Assembly: GCA_963843575.1 (NCBI GenBank)
Contig: CAWJKZ010000014.1
Span: 96,001 to 160,000 of the forward strand
Length of the DNA stretch: 64,000 nucleotides
Reading direction: 5' to 3'
Origin: an uncultured Acidobacteriota bacterium
GTDB taxonomy: Bacteria > Acidobacteriota > UBA6911
The notes under the pieces were generated by a model. The model was not told the origin of the DNA and did not search any database. It saw only the letters and a program-made list of their open reading frames with translations. Within the stretch, counting starts at the first letter, position 1, and every line of letters starts with the position of its first letter. This document shows, piece by piece, positions 47,771-57,400 of the stretch. The position numbers and the translations under genes are program-made.

Positions 47771-50394
47771 CGATCCGGCGGCCGGTGCGTCTGCTGGCGA
47801 CGGCAGTCATGGCGGCCCTGCTGGGATGCGCGTGCACGGTCGCCGCCCGCGCTCAGGCCCAGGCGTCTCCCGCACCCCCGCCTCCTCCGGACGTCCCCAG
47901 GTTTTCGGTTCTCGAGAGCCCCATCGAACTCTCCCGCGCCGTGCGGCGCGGAAAATACCTGGACTCGGCTGGGCGCCGCGCCGTCCTCATGGCGCGCGAG
48001 GAGGGCACGTTCGAATCGTGGGTTTACCCGATGAAGATCGTCCGCGACATGCGGATGACGTTCAATGTGGAGGGTTACTCCTACCCGCTCGATGCCCGGG
48101 ACCTGGCCGAGTGGGTGACGGTGCGGCCGGAGTGTTCGACCATCACCTATGCCCACCCAGCATTCGTGGTCCGGGCCAACCTGTTGACTCCCGTCGAAGA
48201 GCCCGGCAGCCTCATCCTCCTCGAGGTGGACGCAAACCGCAAACTGTCCATCACGGTGAGTTTTGTAATCGACCTGGTCCCCATGTGGCCCGCCGGGCTG
48301 GGAGGCCAGTACAGTTACTGGGATGAAGGCGCCCGGGCCTTCGTCCTCAGTGAGAGCACGCGCAGGCACTCGGCGCTCGTGGGCTCGCCTGCGGCAACCC
48401 GCTATTCGGCGCAGCCGGCCCACAATCTCCCGGACTCGCCGACGCAGTTTCACATCGACGTCGACCCCGGTTACGCCCGCCGCAACTTCATCCCGATCGC
48501 CATCGCCGCGGGCCTGGACAACGCGGCGAAAGTGCGTGAGAGCTATGTCGGACTGCTTGCGCGGGCTGGAGCACTTTATCGCGCAAACGTCGAACATTTC
48601 TCCCGCCTGAGGGAGGATCGCCTCACGCTGCGCTCGGGGGATCCCGACCTGGACCGGGCCGTGCAGTGGGCCAAGGTGTCGCTCGACACCGGCTTCGTCT
48701 GCAATCCGCAGCTCGGGTGCGGGCAGATCGCCGGCCTCGGCCCCTCGGGCACGAGCGCCCGTCCGGGTTTCGGATGGTTCTTCGGCGGGGACACCTTCAT
48801 CAACTCCTTCGCCGTCGCCTCGCTCGGCGATTTTGCGACCCTGCGCCAGGAACTGGTATTCCTAAGGGGTAACCAGCGCGCGGACGGCAAGATGATGCAC
48901 GAGCTGTCGCAGGCCGGGGCGATGATCCCGTGGTTCACTCAATTCCCATATGCGTACTATCACGGCGATACCACCCCCCTTTACCTGGTGGCGGTGGAGA
49001 ACTACCTGGAACACTCCGGCGATCTCGGATTCGTCCGCGAGTCCTGGGATTCCCTCCGGAGGGCCTACCAGTTTTGCCTTTCCACCGACGGCGACGGCGA
49101 CGGGCTGATGGAGAACGCAAAGGCCGGCCTGGCGGCCGTCGAAACCGGCGCTCTGCTCGACCGCACCTCGATCGATGTCTACCTCGCGGGCCTGAGCGCC
49201 GCCGCCCACCAGGCGATGTCGCGCCTGGCGTCGGCTATCGGCGACACAGACCTTGCTGGCCGCGCGGGGACAGCTCACGAGAAGGCCCGGGCAAGCCTGA
49301 ACGGCAAATTCTGGAATCCTGCGCGTGAAGTCCTGTCCTTCGCCCTTACGGAAAAGGGGGGGCGCAGCGACGAGGTCACGATCTGGCCCGCCATCCCGAT
49401 CGCCCTCGGGCAGATCCAGCCCGACACCGCCAGATCCATGCTGGAAAAGCTGGCGGATGCTTCGGTGAGCACCGACTGGGGTGGCCGTATGCTGAGCAGC
49501 CAAAGCCAGGTTTACGACCCGATCAGCTATAACAACGGTTCCGTCTGGCCGTTTCTGACGGGACTGCTCGGTTGGGCCGAGTACCGGATGCACCGCCCCG
49601 CCGCTGGTTTCAGCCGATGGATGCAAAACGCCAGGTTGACGTACGCACACGCCCTCGGGTTCCTACCGGAACTTCTCTCCGGCGATTTCTTCCAGGCGCT
49701 CGATACCGCGGTGCCCCACCAACTCTTCTCGTCCGGTGGCGTGATCACCCCGCTGGTCAAGGGCATGCTCGGCTACTACCCTTCGGTCCCGCAAAAGATC
49801 ATTCGCCTGGAACCGCATTTCCCGGCCCGCTGGAAGGAGGCGGAGGTGCGCAACCTGAGGGCAGGGGACGGCACACTGGCGCTTTCGGTGAGCCGTGGAG
49901 CCGGCGAAGCGACCTTCCGGCTGCACTCCGAGGGACTCTCGGGCTTCCGCCTGGAGTTCGCGCCTGGATTCGAGTCGGGGGCGGCGGTCCGGCGCGTGAT
50001 CGTGAACGGGAAAGCCGCGGCCTGCAAAGTCACTTCAGCGGAAGACGTGCACTGCCCCGTTATCCTCGACCTCACCGGGCACGATGAGGTGCGCTACGAA
50101 CTCGTTCCCGGATTGCGGCTGGAGGAGCCGTCCGCTGCCCCGGCTCCGGGGGACCGAACCTCGGCCGTGAAGATCATCCGGGTGAGTTATGAGTCGGGCT
50201 CAGGCCTGTACTCGCTCGTCCTGCAAGGTCGGGGTGGGCGCACCTACAAACTGCGGGTAGCGACACCCGGCAAGCCTGTCTCCGTCCAGGGCGCGGCCTG
50301 GAGCGGCACCGAAAACGACGGGACCCTCGCCGTCGAGTTTCCCCCGGCCGCGACCGAATACGTGTCGCGCACAGTCAACATCCGGATGCGCTGA
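47767..50394 (+). CDS. Secreted six-hairpin glycoside hydrolase (amylo-alpha-1,6-glucosidase/GDE_C-like)
   Basis: Signal peptide; GWFFGGDT, GKMMHE, YYHGDTTPLY, DGDGDGL, YNNGSVWPF motifs. Confidence 0.82.
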   Translation: MTIRRPVRLLATAVMAALLGCACTVAARAQAQASPAPPPPPDVPRFSVLESPIELSRAVRRGKYLDSAGRRAVLMAREEGTFESWVYPMKIVRDMRMTFNVEGYSYPLDARDLAEWVTVRPECSTITYAHPAFVVRANLLTPVEEPGSLILLEVDANRKLSITVSFVIDLVPMWPAGLGGQYSYWDEGARAFVLSESTRRHSALVGSPAATRYSAQPAHNLPDSPTQFHIDVDPGYARRNFIPIAIAAGLDNAAKVRESYVGLLARAGALYRANVEHFSRLREDRLTLRSGDPDLDRAVQWAKVSLDTGFVCNPQLGCGQIAGLGPSGTSARPGFGWFFGGDTFINSFAVASLGDFATLRQELVFLRGNQRADGKMMHELSQAGAMIPWFTQFPYAYYHGDTTPLYLVAVENYLEHSGDLGFVRESWDSLRRAYQFCLSTDGDGDGLMENAKAGLAAVETGALLDRTSIDVYLAGLSAAAHQAMSRLASAIGDTDLAGRAGTAHEKARASLNGKFWNPAREVLSFALTEKGGRSDEVTIWPAIPIALGQIQPDTARSMLEKLADASVSTDWGGRMLSSQSQVYDPISYNNGSVWPFLTGLLGWAEYRMHRPAAGFSRWMQNARLTYAHALGFLPELLSGDFFQALDTAVPHQLFSSGGVITPLVKGMLGYYPSVPQKIIRLEPHFPARWKEAEVRNLRAGDGTLALSVSRGAGEATFRLHSEGLSGFRLEFAPGFESGAAVRRVIVNGKAAACKVTSAEDVHCPVILDLTGHDEVRYELVPGLRLEEPSAAPAPGDRTSAVKIIRVSYESGSGLYSLVLQGRGGRTYKLRVATPGKPVSVQGAAWSGTENDGTLAVEFPPAATEYVSRTVNIRMR

Positions 50395-50396
50395 AG

Positions 50397-51443
50397 TCAA
50401 TCGGGTATGTAGCGGCCGGTGTGCAGGTAGTTCATCACCACCGTCGTGCCGAGGGCAGTGACCGAGGCGAGGCGATAGGACTCCTCCTCCACCGGCAGGT
50501 TCAGCTGCAGTTCGCGGCAGCGCTGGAAAAACTTCAAGATGACGGGGGCCACCACCTTCTCCCGCGCCCCGGTCCATGCCGAAATCGTTTCGATCAGGAA
50601 GCGGCGGTTCTTGCGGATGAGATCCTTGGCCGCGACGTACCTCCTGTGGCCGTTGGAAGTCAGGGGGAAGATCGTGCGCAGGTCGTGGTCATAGATGCCG
50701 AGCGCCTTGTCCTTGAAATTGTCGATGTCTTCGCCGTAGTACTCAATGAGGGTGTAAGTCTTGCCGCTGTACGGCGAATCCAGGGGGCCCGTGACGACGT
50801 GGGGCTTTTTGCCGCGCAGCTGGCGCATGACGCTATCGACGTATTCCAGTTTCTTGAGCGACGGCCAGTTGCGGTAGGCGACCCGCCAGTTGGAGCGGGG
50901 TGTCAGCCAGACCGCGAAAGTCTCGGCGAAGTCCTCGTCGGGATGAGCCTGCGCGTAGTACTTCGGCTCACCCTGGCTCCGGACGTAGTTGCGGCTAAAC
51001 GGATTAAACTTAAACTTGAAGTTTGCCGGATAAGTCTTCTCAAAATCGCCAAAATATTCCTTCCATTCCGGTGCGGCAAACAGTTCGTAGGCGTAGTTGA
51101 TCGCGTGCCCCGTTTCGTGCCGCAGAAGGAACATCAGGTCCCGGCGGTCGTAGGTCGTATAGCCCATCTCGCGCTCGATGCGGACCAGCCGGTTGTCGGC
51201 CAGGTGGAACGGGATGCCCATGATCGGGACGCGGTTGGGGCAACCCCACTCGTCGCCGCCGCAGGTAAAGTAATAGCGGGGTCGAAACTGGAGCTTCTTA
51301 GAGGCCAGTTCGCTATAAAGCTTCTGGATGCAGCGATTTAATAGGGTATCATCGAACTTGAGCTGGAGGTTGCAGATCGGAGTGTTCAGCAGCGCGTAGC
51401 GCTCTGTCTCCCAGTTGTCGGCATACTGAAGCAGCGCTTCCAT
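50397..51443 (-). CDS. Putative zinc-binding metallopeptidase (Peptidase_Mx-like)
   Basis: LRHETGHA zinc motif; YAQAHPDEDFAETFAVWL; KKLEYVD. Confidence 0.85.
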   Translation of the reverse strand: MEALLQYADNWETERYALLNTPICNLQLKFDDTLLNRCIQKLYSELASKKLQFRPRYYFTCGGDEWGCPNRVPIMGIPFHLADNRLVRIEREMGYTTYDRRDLMFLLRHETGHAINYAYELFAAPEWKEYFGDFEKTYPANFKFKFNPFSRNYVRSQGEPKYYAQAHPDEDFAETFAVWLTPRSNWRVAYRNWPSLKKLEYVDSVMRQLRGKKPHVVTGPLDSPYSGKTYTLIEYYGEDIDNFKDKALGIYDHDLRTIFPLTSNGHRRYVAAKDLIRKNRRFLIETISAWTGAREKVVAPVILKFFQRCRELQLNLPVEEESYRLASVTALGTTVVMNYLHTGRYIPD

Positions 51444-51655
51444 AATTTCTGCCCGGCAGAGCACACCAAACCGTCTCTAAGTAATTAATAAATAAAGACT
51501 TGCTTCCATGCTGGAGCTGGGGCCCTGCCAGGCCGAAGAAATTATAGAGAAAACCGCTCCCCATTTCCACCCTTTGACGCAGCACCTAGGGCGGCCCTTG
51601 AAGGGCGGCCCGGGGAAGGTCCTGCAAACCTGCGTCTTGCGCAGCCGACTCTGTC

Positions 51656-52024
51656 TCACGGGGTGCCGCTGATTTTTGGTGGTTCCGGGGAAACGGGGGG
51701 GTTTTCAGGGCTTGCGATGCGGATTTCAGTGGCGTTGCCGTCGATATCGATGCCCATCTTGGCGGTCTTCTTTGCGTCGAATTTGACATTGATGACGCTG
51801 TACTGGGAGAGAGAGGAAAATTCCGCTGGTTTGCCATCGACGGTGATCTTGGCGGTTGCCGCGTCGAGCACGAATTTCGTCTTGTCGGGTATCTGGGAAA
51901 TGAGGATGAGTTTGCTGGTGCCGGAGACGGACAGTAGCCGGTACTTTCCCGCTTCGACTGCGGTCGCGGGACCGCGGGCAAGGGCAATCATGACGAGTAC
52001 GAGGGCGACCTTTTTCATCCGCAT
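51656..52024 (-). CDS. Small secreted hypothetical protein
   Basis: Signal peptide MRMKKVALVLVMIAL; beta-rich body with KITVDGKPAEFSSL (OB-fold-like). Confidence 0.6.
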   Translation of the reverse strand: MRMKKVALVLVMIALARGPATAVEAGKYRLLSVSGTSKLILISQIPDKTKFVLDAATAKITVDGKPAEFSSLSQYSVINVKFDAKKTAKMGIDIDGNATEIRIASPENPPVSPEPPKISGTP

Positions 52025-52095
52025 ACATTTTATGCACGCTGTGACGTCTTTAACAAGGCGAAAACTGGGTGCGGCGGAAGGCGCATCATATTCTC

Positions 52096-52123
52096 TGAAC
52101 GATCCGCGCGTAACACTCGTACT
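52096..52123 (+). promoter_or_regulatory. Putative ECF sigma-factor promoter
   Basis: TGAAC-N17-CGTACT about 25 bp upstream of the ABC operon. Confidence 0.35.
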
Positions 52124-52148
52124 AGGAACCAAACAGGGGAGGGACCGC

Positions 52149-53072
52149 TTGATCATCGATCTCGAGAACATCACGGTCCGGTTCGGCCGCCAGCGCGTCC
52201 TCGAGGGTGTGGGGATGCAGTTTGGCGGGGGCTCGATGGGGCTTCTGGGGCCGAACGGCGCGGGCAAGAGCACGCTGCTGAAGACCCTGCTCGGGTTCAT
52301 CACGCCCGTGACCGGGCGGGGCAGAGTCCTCGGGCACGATCTACGCACCGAGCAGCTTGCGATACGCCAGAAGGTCGGATACATGCCGGAGAACGACTGT
52401 CACATCCCCGGGATGAACGCGGTGTCGTTCGTCTCGTATGCCGGGCAGCTGTCGGGGATGAGGTCGAAGGATGCCATGCAGAGAGCCCACGAGATCCTCT
52501 ACTACGTGGGGCTCGGGGAGGCACGCTACCGGAATGTGGAAACCTATTCGACGGGCATGAAGCAGAGGATCAAGCTCGCCCAGGCGCTGGTTCACGACCC
52601 GGAACTGCTGTTGCTGGACGAGCCGACCAACGGTCTGGATCCCAAGGGTCGGATCGAGATGCTCGAACTCGTGCGCGACATCTCCACGTCAAAGGGGATC
52701 CATGTAGTGCTTTCCTCGCACCTCCTCCCCGACGTCGAGTGGGTGTGCCGTGAGGCCATGGTCCTGCATCAGGGGAAACGACTGGCCTCGGGCGCAATCG
52801 AAGAGCTGAAGCTCGGTGCGGGCGCGGTCTTCGAATGCAGGGTGAAGGGAAACGTGCAGTCCTTTGTGGATGAGCTGACGATGCTCGGCTGCAAGTGCAC
52901 ACCGGGCGAAGATGGCATGCTTCACGTGGGGATGGTGGATGGACTCGGCAGCCAGAGTCTGCTGCGCGTCGCGCGCGACCACCACGTCCAGATCCGCCAC
53001 CTGGTTCCGTTAAGGCAGTCGCTCGAAGACGTTTTCCTGCAGGTGATCGGAGAATCCAATGCCCATTCATGA
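52149..53072 (+). CDS. ABC transporter ATP-binding protein
   Basis: GPNGAGKST; YSTGMKQR; LLLDEPT; SSH; TTG start after GGGAGG. Confidence 0.94.
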   Translation: MIIDLENITVRFGRQRVLEGVGMQFGGGSMGLLGPNGAGKSTLLKTLLGFITPVTGRGRVLGHDLRTEQLAIRQKVGYMPENDCHIPGMNAVSFVSYAGQLSGMRSKDAMQRAHEILYYVGLGEARYRNVETYSTGMKQRIKLAQALVHDPELLLLDEPTNGLDPKGRIEMLELVRDISTSKGIHVVLSSHLLPDVEWVCREAMVLHQGKRLASGAIEELKLGAGAVFECRVKGNVQSFVDELTMLGCKCTPGEDGMLHVGMVDGLGSQSLLRVARDHHVQIRHLVPLRQSLEDVFLQVIGESNAHS

Positions 53073-53904
53073 TCTCGGCTACCGGCACTGGGCCGGGGAG
53101 TGGACCTCGCATCCATATCGCTGGTGGGTGATCACGCGGCAGGGGATCCAGTCACTGGTCAGGAAGAAACGGTTTTCGGTGCTGTTGTTCCTCTCCCTGA
53201 TCCCCTTTGTCGTGCGCTCCGTTCTGATCTATATCTCGACGATGGTTCCGCAGAATGCGCCGTTCCTGAAAATCGGACCACAGTTCTTCCAGGACTTCCT
53301 GTCGCAGCAGATGTGGTTTTTCACCTTTGTGATCGCCATTTACGCCGGTGCCGGGCTGATTGCGAACGATCTGAAGGTAAACGCCCTGCAGATCTATCTC
53401 TCCAAACCGATCACGCGCCGCGATTACATCTTGGGGAAACTCGGCGTTTTGGTTTTTTTCCTCTCGCTCCCGACGCTGGTCCCGGGGCTGCTGCTGTTTC
53501 TGCTGGCGGTGCTCTTCAAGGCGGATGCGGCGTTCGTTCGCGCGAACTACTGGGTGGCAGGTTCGATTGCGGCCTACGCGCTGCTGATCATCTTCACGTA
53601 CGCCCTGGTGGTGCTCGCACTGTCCTCCCTGAGCCGTTCCAGCAGGGTGGCGGGGGTCAATTTCGCGGCGGTCCTGTTCTTCAGCCAGATCGTCTACATC
53701 ATCCTGCGTCAGATGCTGCGCACGGAGCGCGTCGGTTGGGTTTCGCTCTCCAACAACGTGACCCGCGTCGGGGATCTGCTGTTCGGCGCGTCCTCGAGGT
53801 TGCCGTCGAGCCCGATGGTCTCGCTGCTTGTACTGCTGCTGGTGCTCATCGGCTGCGCGTGGGTGGTGTATCGGCGCGTCCAGGCCGTGGAGGTGGTGAA
53901 GTGA
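53059..53904 (+). CDS. ABC-2 type transporter permease
   Basis: Six TM helices; MPIHDLGYRHW; IANDLKVNALQIYLSKPITRRDYILGK. Confidence 0.88.
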   Translation: MPIHDLGYRHWAGEWTSHPYRWWVITRQGIQSLVRKKRFSVLLFLSLIPFVVRSVLIYISTMVPQNAPFLKIGPQFFQDFLSQQMWFFTFVIAIYAGAGLIANDLKVNALQIYLSKPITRRDYILGKLGVLVFFLSLPTLVPGLLLFLLAVLFKADAAFVRANYWVAGSIAAYALLIIFTYALVVLALSSLSRSSRVAGVNFAAVLFFSQIVYIILRQMLRTERVGWVSLSNNVTRVGDLLFGASSRLPSSPMVSLLVLLLVLIGCAWVVYRRVQAVEVVK

Positions 53905-54824
53905 CGGCCATAGTGCAGGCTCAGAACCTGTCGAAGTGGTACGGCCAGGTGATCGCCGTCAGCAAGGTGTCTTTCTCGCTGGCACCCGGCGTGACCGGGC
54001 TGCTGGGCCCCAATGGCGCCGGGAAGTCGACGCTCATGAAGCTCATGATGGGTCAGCTCCGTCCGAGCCAGGGGGAGATACGGGTCTTCGGGCAAACGGT
54101 CTGGAACAACTACGCGCTGTTCAAGCGCGTGGGGTTCTGCCCCGAGCAGGACAGCTTCTACGAACGGATGACCGGTGCCCAGTTCCTGTCGTCGCTCCTG
54201 CGCATGCACGGCTACGCCGAGCCGGAGGTCGCGCGGCGCACCGAGGCGGCGCTCGAGGAGGTGCACCTCACGCCGGCGCGGGACAAGAAGATCGCGGCCT
54301 ATTCCAAGGGGATGCGGCAGCGCATCAAGATGGCTCAGGCAATTGCCCACGACCCGGATGTCCTGGTCCTGGATGAGCCGCTTGCGGGCATGGACCCGGT
54401 GGCGCGCCGGGAGACGATCAACGCGATCCGCGAATGGGGCAAGGCGGGGAGATGCGTGGTGGTCTCCAGTCACATCCTGCACGAGATCGAGGCGATGACC
54501 AGCACGATTCTCCTGATGCACAACGGGCAGGTTCTCGCCGAGGGGGACGTGCACCACATTCGGGGCCTGATCGACCAGCACCCGCACAACATCTTCATCC
54601 GCTGCTCGAATCCCCGGAAGCTCGCCGAAGCGCTGGTCGGTTTCCCGGACCTGCTCAGCATCCGGTTTCACCCGAACGGCGACGCGCTGACCATCGAATC
54701 TTCGAAACCCGACGAGTTCTACGACAGGTTACCCGATCTCTTCCTCCGTCTGGACATCGAACTGAACGAGATCACGTCGCCGGACGACAACCTCCAGGCA
54801 GTGTTCCACTACCTGGTGAAATAG
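53901..54824 (+). CDS. ABC transporter ATP-binding protein
   Basis: LSKWYG; GPNGAGKST; YSKGMRQR; LDEP; GTG start overlapping the previous stop. Confidence 0.94.
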   Translation: MTAIVQAQNLSKWYGQVIAVSKVSFSLAPGVTGLLGPNGAGKSTLMKLMMGQLRPSQGEIRVFGQTVWNNYALFKRVGFCPEQDSFYERMTGAQFLSSLLRMHGYAEPEVARRTEAALEEVHLTPARDKKIAAYSKGMRQRIKMAQAIAHDPDVLVLDEPLAGMDPVARRETINAIREWGKAGRCVVVSSHILHEIEAMTSTILLMHNGQVLAEGDVHHIRGLIDQHPHNIFIRCSNPRKLAEALVGFPDLLSIRFHPNGDALTIESSKPDEFYDRLPDLFLRLDIELNEITSPDDNLQAVFHYLVK

Positions 54825-54833
54825 GAGGACGCG

Positions 54834-55646
54834 GTGTCGGACATTCCCCGGATCATCAAAGGCTGGCGCGACGCGCGCACCATCGCCTTCCTGACGCTGG
54901 ACACTCTGTTCTGGAGCAAGAAGACGGTCTTCGTCGCACTCGTTTCCATGCTTGTGCTGGGACTTTCCGTCCTGGGCCGGCTGGTGATGACCTATCACTG
55001 GATCCGGGTCCCGTTTACCTCGGCGCAGGTCTTCGGAACGCTGATGTCCACGGCGGTGATTCACTTCCTCGTCGTTTTCGTCACCCTGTTCTACGGCACG
55101 GCGCTGATCTCGGACGAGGTGGAAGGGAAAACCCTGACCTACCTGTTCGTCCGTCCCATACCGAAGCCGACGGTGATGTTTGGCAAGTTCCTCGCCCTGG
55201 CGTGGATCAGTTCGGTCCTGGTGATACCGACCGTTTTCCTGAGCTATCTGACTCTCTATCTGCGCGCCGACCTCGGTCCGTTCTGGGAAGATATGCCGAC
55301 GCTCGGCAGGGACGTCGGGGTGATCTTCCTGGCCCTGCTTGCTTATGGATCGCTCTTCTCGCTTTTGGGAGCGTGGCTGAAGCACTCGCTGCTGTTCGGG
55401 CTCTTCTATGCTTTCGGCTGGGAGGCCATCATTTCCTATCTGCCGGGATTCACGCGCAAGCTGACCATCACGCACTACATTCAGTCGATTTTCCCGCACA
55501 ACGACACGTCGACCGCCCTGGCCATGCTGATCGGGGACCGCACTCCCCCGCTGGAATCCCTGGTCACGCTCGTACTCCTGTCGGCCTTCATGCTGTTGAC
55601 GGCCAGCATCGTGGTCCGGGAGAAGGAGTACGTGCTGGAACAGTGA
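54834..55646 (+). CDS. ABC-2 type transporter permease
   Basis: TM helices; ISDEVEGKTLTYLFVRPI...GKF. Confidence 0.88.
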   Translation: MSDIPRIIKGWRDARTIAFLTLDTLFWSKKTVFVALVSMLVLGLSVLGRLVMTYHWIRVPFTSAQVFGTLMSTAVIHFLVVFVTLFYGTALISDEVEGKTLTYLFVRPIPKPTVMFGKFLALAWISSVLVIPTVFLSYLTLYLRADLGPFWEDMPTLGRDVGVIFLALLAYGSLFSLLGAWLKHSLLFGLFYAFGWEAIISYLPGFTRKLTITHYIQSIFPHNDTSTALAMLIGDRTPPLESLVTLVLLSAFMLLTASIVVREKEYVLEQ

Positions 55647-55718
55647 CGCGGCGCGCCGCGGCCCCCGCCGAGGTGTTGAGCGGGGGCGCTCGGAGTGGTA
55701 ACTTAATCCATCCAGGAG

Positions 55719-56930
55719 TTGTGCTTGCGTTTTTATTACATCCTTCTGTCTGGCTTGATCTTTGGGCCACTGGCGGGAGCCGCCGCCCAGGAAACCGCAG
55801 GCGAGGTGTCGGTTCTGATGTTCCCGCCCGAAGGGCCGGGAGACCGGCCCCTGCTGGCGTGGGTTGGAGAGGGGATTTCGCACTCGATCTCGGAGCAGTT
55901 GCAGTCGCCCGGCCTGAAAGTCTTCAGCCGGGAGGAGCGCAACAACTTCCTGGAGGGGGCCGACCTGCCCCCGGACGTTCCGCTCAGCCGCGCCAGCATG
56001 ATCCAGGTTGCGCGGGCCGCAGGCGCCCGCAAGCTCGTGACGGGGTCCTGGTCTGGAACCGAGAAAGAGATGCGGATCGCCCTGCGCATCCTCGACGTGA
56101 AAGCCATCAAACTCGGCGGGGAACTTTCGGCCAACGGGCCCCTCGGCGCGCTGCCGGAGATGGAGAACGAGCTCGCCTGGCTCATCCTGGGCGAAACCGG
56201 GATCGGAAGGTTGGAGGCGCGCAATAAGTTCGGCGAGCGGCGGCGCACGGTGCCGAACGCGGCATACGCTTCGCTGATCCAGGGTCTGACCGTCACCGAG
56301 GACAACGAGCAGCTCACGCTGCTGCAGCGCGCACTCGAACTCTACCCGGACATCCCTGAAGCGTCCTACCTGGCCGGGAGGCATTACTACCGGCACGGCA
56401 ACTACGACGCGGCCCTGCGCTACCTGGAATCGGGCCAGAAATGGCGGCCTGGCTATCTCGATGCGGCCTTCATGCTGGGAACCTGCTACGTGAAGAACAA
56501 CTCGCTCGAAGCCGCGGTCCGCTCGTTCAACAACGTCCTGGCGTTCACCCGGTCCGCCGAAGCCCTGAACAATCTCGGTGTCGCCTACCTCCGCAAGGGG
56601 GATTATCCCCTCGCGGTCGAGCACCTGGTCGAGGCCCGCGACGTGGCCAGGCAGCAACCCACCATCGCCCTGAACCTGGCGATCGCGCGGCACCTCGCGG
56701 GCGACGACGCCATGGCGGAAACCCTGTTGCAGCAGACGGCGAAATCGGACACGGTCCGGGGGGTCGCCCAGTACGTGCTGAGCCTCGTGCTCGAGCGGCA
56801 ATCCAGGAAAGAGGCCGCGGAAGCGGCCCTGGCCGCGGCGGTCGGCGCCGGGATCGATCCCGACAAGATGAAGTCGGACGGGCCCCGGGGCTGGAGCCGC
56901 CTGATCACCGCTTGGGAAGCCAGGCCTTAG
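55719..56930 (+). CDS. Secreted TolB-N-like + TPR repeat protein
   Basis: Signal peptide; WVGEGIS...LVTGS pattern; TPRs such as EALNNLGVAYLRKGDY. Confidence 0.82.
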   Translation: MCLRFYYILLSGLIFGPLAGAAAQETAGEVSVLMFPPEGPGDRPLLAWVGEGISHSISEQLQSPGLKVFSREERNNFLEGADLPPDVPLSRASMIQVARAAGARKLVTGSWSGTEKEMRIALRILDVKAIKLGGELSANGPLGALPEMENELAWLILGETGIGRLEARNKFGERRRTVPNAAYASLIQGLTVTEDNEQLTLLQRALELYPDIPEASYLAGRHYYRHGNYDAALRYLESGQKWRPGYLDAAFMLGTCYVKNNSLEAAVRSFNNVLAFTRSAEALNNLGVAYLRKGDYPLAVEHLVEARDVARQQPTIALNLAIARHLAGDDAMAETLLQQTAKSDTVRGVAQYVLSLVLERQSRKEAAEAALAAAVGAGIDPDKMKSDGPRGWSRLITAWEARP

Positions 56931-57138
56931 TGCAAGACCCTGACGCTCGAGCCAACAGATCCACGATAGGAATTGCTGTCGGAGCGTCAGCCCTGGGCGG
57001 CCGGGCGGCATCTGCGGCGTTGCCGCTCCGACGACAATCGCCTGCGTCCGACGCTTGCATTGGCGCTTTCGCAGGGAACATTCTGCGGACTGGCGGTCGG
57101 TTGCGGGCCGTGTCCGCGGCACGCCGCAGCGGCTTGCC

Positions 57139-57167
57139 TTGACAAGCCGCCTGGACGACCTTAAGAT
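57139..57167 (+). promoter_or_regulatory. Sigma70 promoter of tRNA-Leu
   Basis: TTGACA-N17-TAAGAT, 16 bp before the tRNA. Confidence 0.8.
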
Positions 57168-57183
57168 ACCCATCTTGCCTCGT

Positions 57184-57270
57184 GCCGAAGTGGCGGAATT
57201 GGCAGACGCGCTAGGTTCAGGGTCTAGTGGGCTTAAGCTCGTGGGGGTTCGAGTCCCCCCTTCGGCACCA
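57184..57270 (+). tRNA. tRNA-Leu (anticodon CAG)
   Basis: Acceptor GCCGAAG/CTTCGGC + ACCA; D-arm GGCGGAATTGGCAGACGC; anticodon arm CTAGG-TTCAGGG-TCTAG; long variable arm; GGTTCGAGTCC. Confidence 0.97.
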
Positions 57271-57400
57271 TCGTTCCAGCCATCCTGCAATCCCGACTGT
57301 ATCCCCTGCGCGGCAGGTTTCATTTCCCGATGAATCCAGGGAGTGAGGCGTGGTCGCGGGGCGGCCCGGTCTGCCGCCCCGCCGATGCTATCGGACCGCT

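Noticed and set aside
57184-57400. tRNA-Leu as an integration site for a genomic island
   Set aside because: No integrase, no duplicated tRNA 3' end noticed in the window, and no obvious compositional shift downstream.
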